From Tubulanus polymorphus (taxonomy: Eukaryota > Animalia > Nemertea), in the NCBI RefSeq assembly GCF_964204645.1, contig NC_134030.1, positions 17,236,110-17,300,109 on the forward strand: DNA of 64,000 nucleotides, in the 5' to 3' direction. The position numbers and the translations under genes were made by a program. Below the pieces are notes generated by a model, which had not been told where the DNA came from, did not search any database, and saw nothing but the letters and a program-made list of their open reading frames with translations. Shown one piece after another: positions 62,781 through 64,000 of the stretch; position 1 is the first letter of the stretch, and the number at the start of each line of letters is the position of its first letter.

Positions 62781-63699
62781 GCAATTTCTTTTCACCAGGT
62801 CCGTCGCTCCTTCCACCAGGGCTGCATATCGTCGCGCGGTTGAGCATTTTCAGAGATTTTTGGTGAACGTCGGCCACCAGGAGCCCTTCTTTCCCTCTTC
62901 CGAAGATACTATATCGAAATATATAGCGCATCTGTTTCTGTCAGGTTACAGCAGTCCCTCTATTTTTTCATACATTTCGGCAATTAGCTTTTACCATTAA
63001 TCGGCTCGCCTACCTAACCCCACTGCATCTTTCTTTATAAGAAAAATCCTAAAAGGCGTCGCAAATTCCATCCCGAGCAGCCCTGACGCCCGTTTACCCA
63101 TTACAATAGATATTTTGACTCGGTTGGTTGCCGCGATACCCGTCGTAATGGGCGAGGGCTTCGACGGTATCTTGCTCAAGTCTATGTTCGTCTTGTGTTT
63201 TCATGCATTTTTGCGGGTCGGCGAGATATCGGTTAAGTCTAGTGGCCATGCGACTAAGGTATTACAAAAACATCAGGTCACCTTGTTCCATGGTCCTAAT
63301 TCAAAGCCGATGTTACGCGTCTGCATCACGGACTACAAGCATAGTGACTTGATACCAAAACCATTGCTGTTGCCAAAGCATTCAAACCCATCCGTTTGTC
63401 CGGTCACAATTATATCTCATTACCTCCATGTGAGCAAGCATACGTCCGGTCCATTTTTTTCAATTTCGAGATGGTGCAGCTGTATCGTATGTTTTTTTTG
63501 CAAAATCGCTAAAAAGTTGATATCATTTCTCGGCCTGCCAGTGGCCAGCAATACATCGCATAGCTTTCGGATTGGCGCCGCAACCAATGCCGCAACGAAC
63601 GGGGTCCCCGAGCCAGTCATTCGAGAGTTAGGACGATGGAAGTCAGACGCTTTCAAACGATACATTAGAATCAGTCCGGCCGGGACGGGACAACACTAA
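62728..63699 (+). pseudogene. Ngaro tyrosine recombinase (in-frame stop at 62998)
   Basis: SAM-like N-terminus (STRAAY), RLPIT, AFLRVGE, HSFRIGAAT and GRWKS..FKRYIR. Confidence 0.92.
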
Positions 63700-64000
63700 T
63701 GACGCATTGACGCAATTTTAAATGCTAAAACTTTATTTTTGAGGGCCAAATTTTGTCTGTCTCACGTCGTTACCTTGCTTTTGTATTAAATAACGATTTT
63801 CCAAAGTAATTTGATAGCTTTGAGGATGTTAGTCTGCCTCCCTGTGCACGTATCGGTTTTTGCCGTATGTACTTAACTACGTATGTACACTTATATGTAC
63901 ATAACCCTAGTATATGTTAGTTTATATCTTATATATGACATCTAATGCTTTTAATTTTAACGAATGATATTAGTTTCAATTTGAATTCATACGTTTTTTG

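Larger units (their letters stand above)
58650..64000 (+). mobile_element. Ngaro-type tyrosine-recombinase retrotransposon (decayed; right end not resolved)
   Basis: SGNH hydrolase, gag, RT/RNase H and YR in overlapping ORFs, with an abrupt GC shift at ~58650. Confidence 0.88.

Overview
AT-rich animal genomic DNA, probably a marine invertebrate such as a lophotrochozoan (inference from the TE repertoire and GT-AG introns). It consists almost entirely of nested, mostly decayed mobile elements, and no intact host gene was recognised. Left part (1-36 kb): a Sola2-like DNA transposon inserted into a THAP-encoding Kolobok-like element. It carries two head-to-head copies of a large Helentron-type non-autonomous element (HINE-B); one copy contains a captured DIRS gag and the other a second HINE family (HINE-A). 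Also present are CACTA/EnSpm-like ends (one with a BEN-domain pseudogene), Mutator/Kolobok-like and hAT transposase fragments, two unclassified TA-flanked TIR elements, an RTEX/CR1-type LINE and several MITEs. Right part (36-64 kb): a Gypsy LTR retrotransposon hit by two Polinton/Maverick-like insertions, followed by an Ngaro tyrosine-recombinase retroelement. The two Polinton-like pieces are the most interesting part. Piece 1 (6-bp TSD GATGAC) carries pPolB, a putative OB-fold SSB and a ~758-aa protein with Rep_trans-like rolling-circle initiator motifs. Piece 2 carries an HNH nuclease, integrase, packaging ATPase and major capsid protein. Both have 270-360 bp fold-back palindromic termini that share mainly the outer ~50-bp motif. 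This suggests, as a hypothesis only, a hairpin-ended and possibly bipartite Polinton-like virus with a Rep nickase. All family assignments come from motif recognition by eye, with no database searches.
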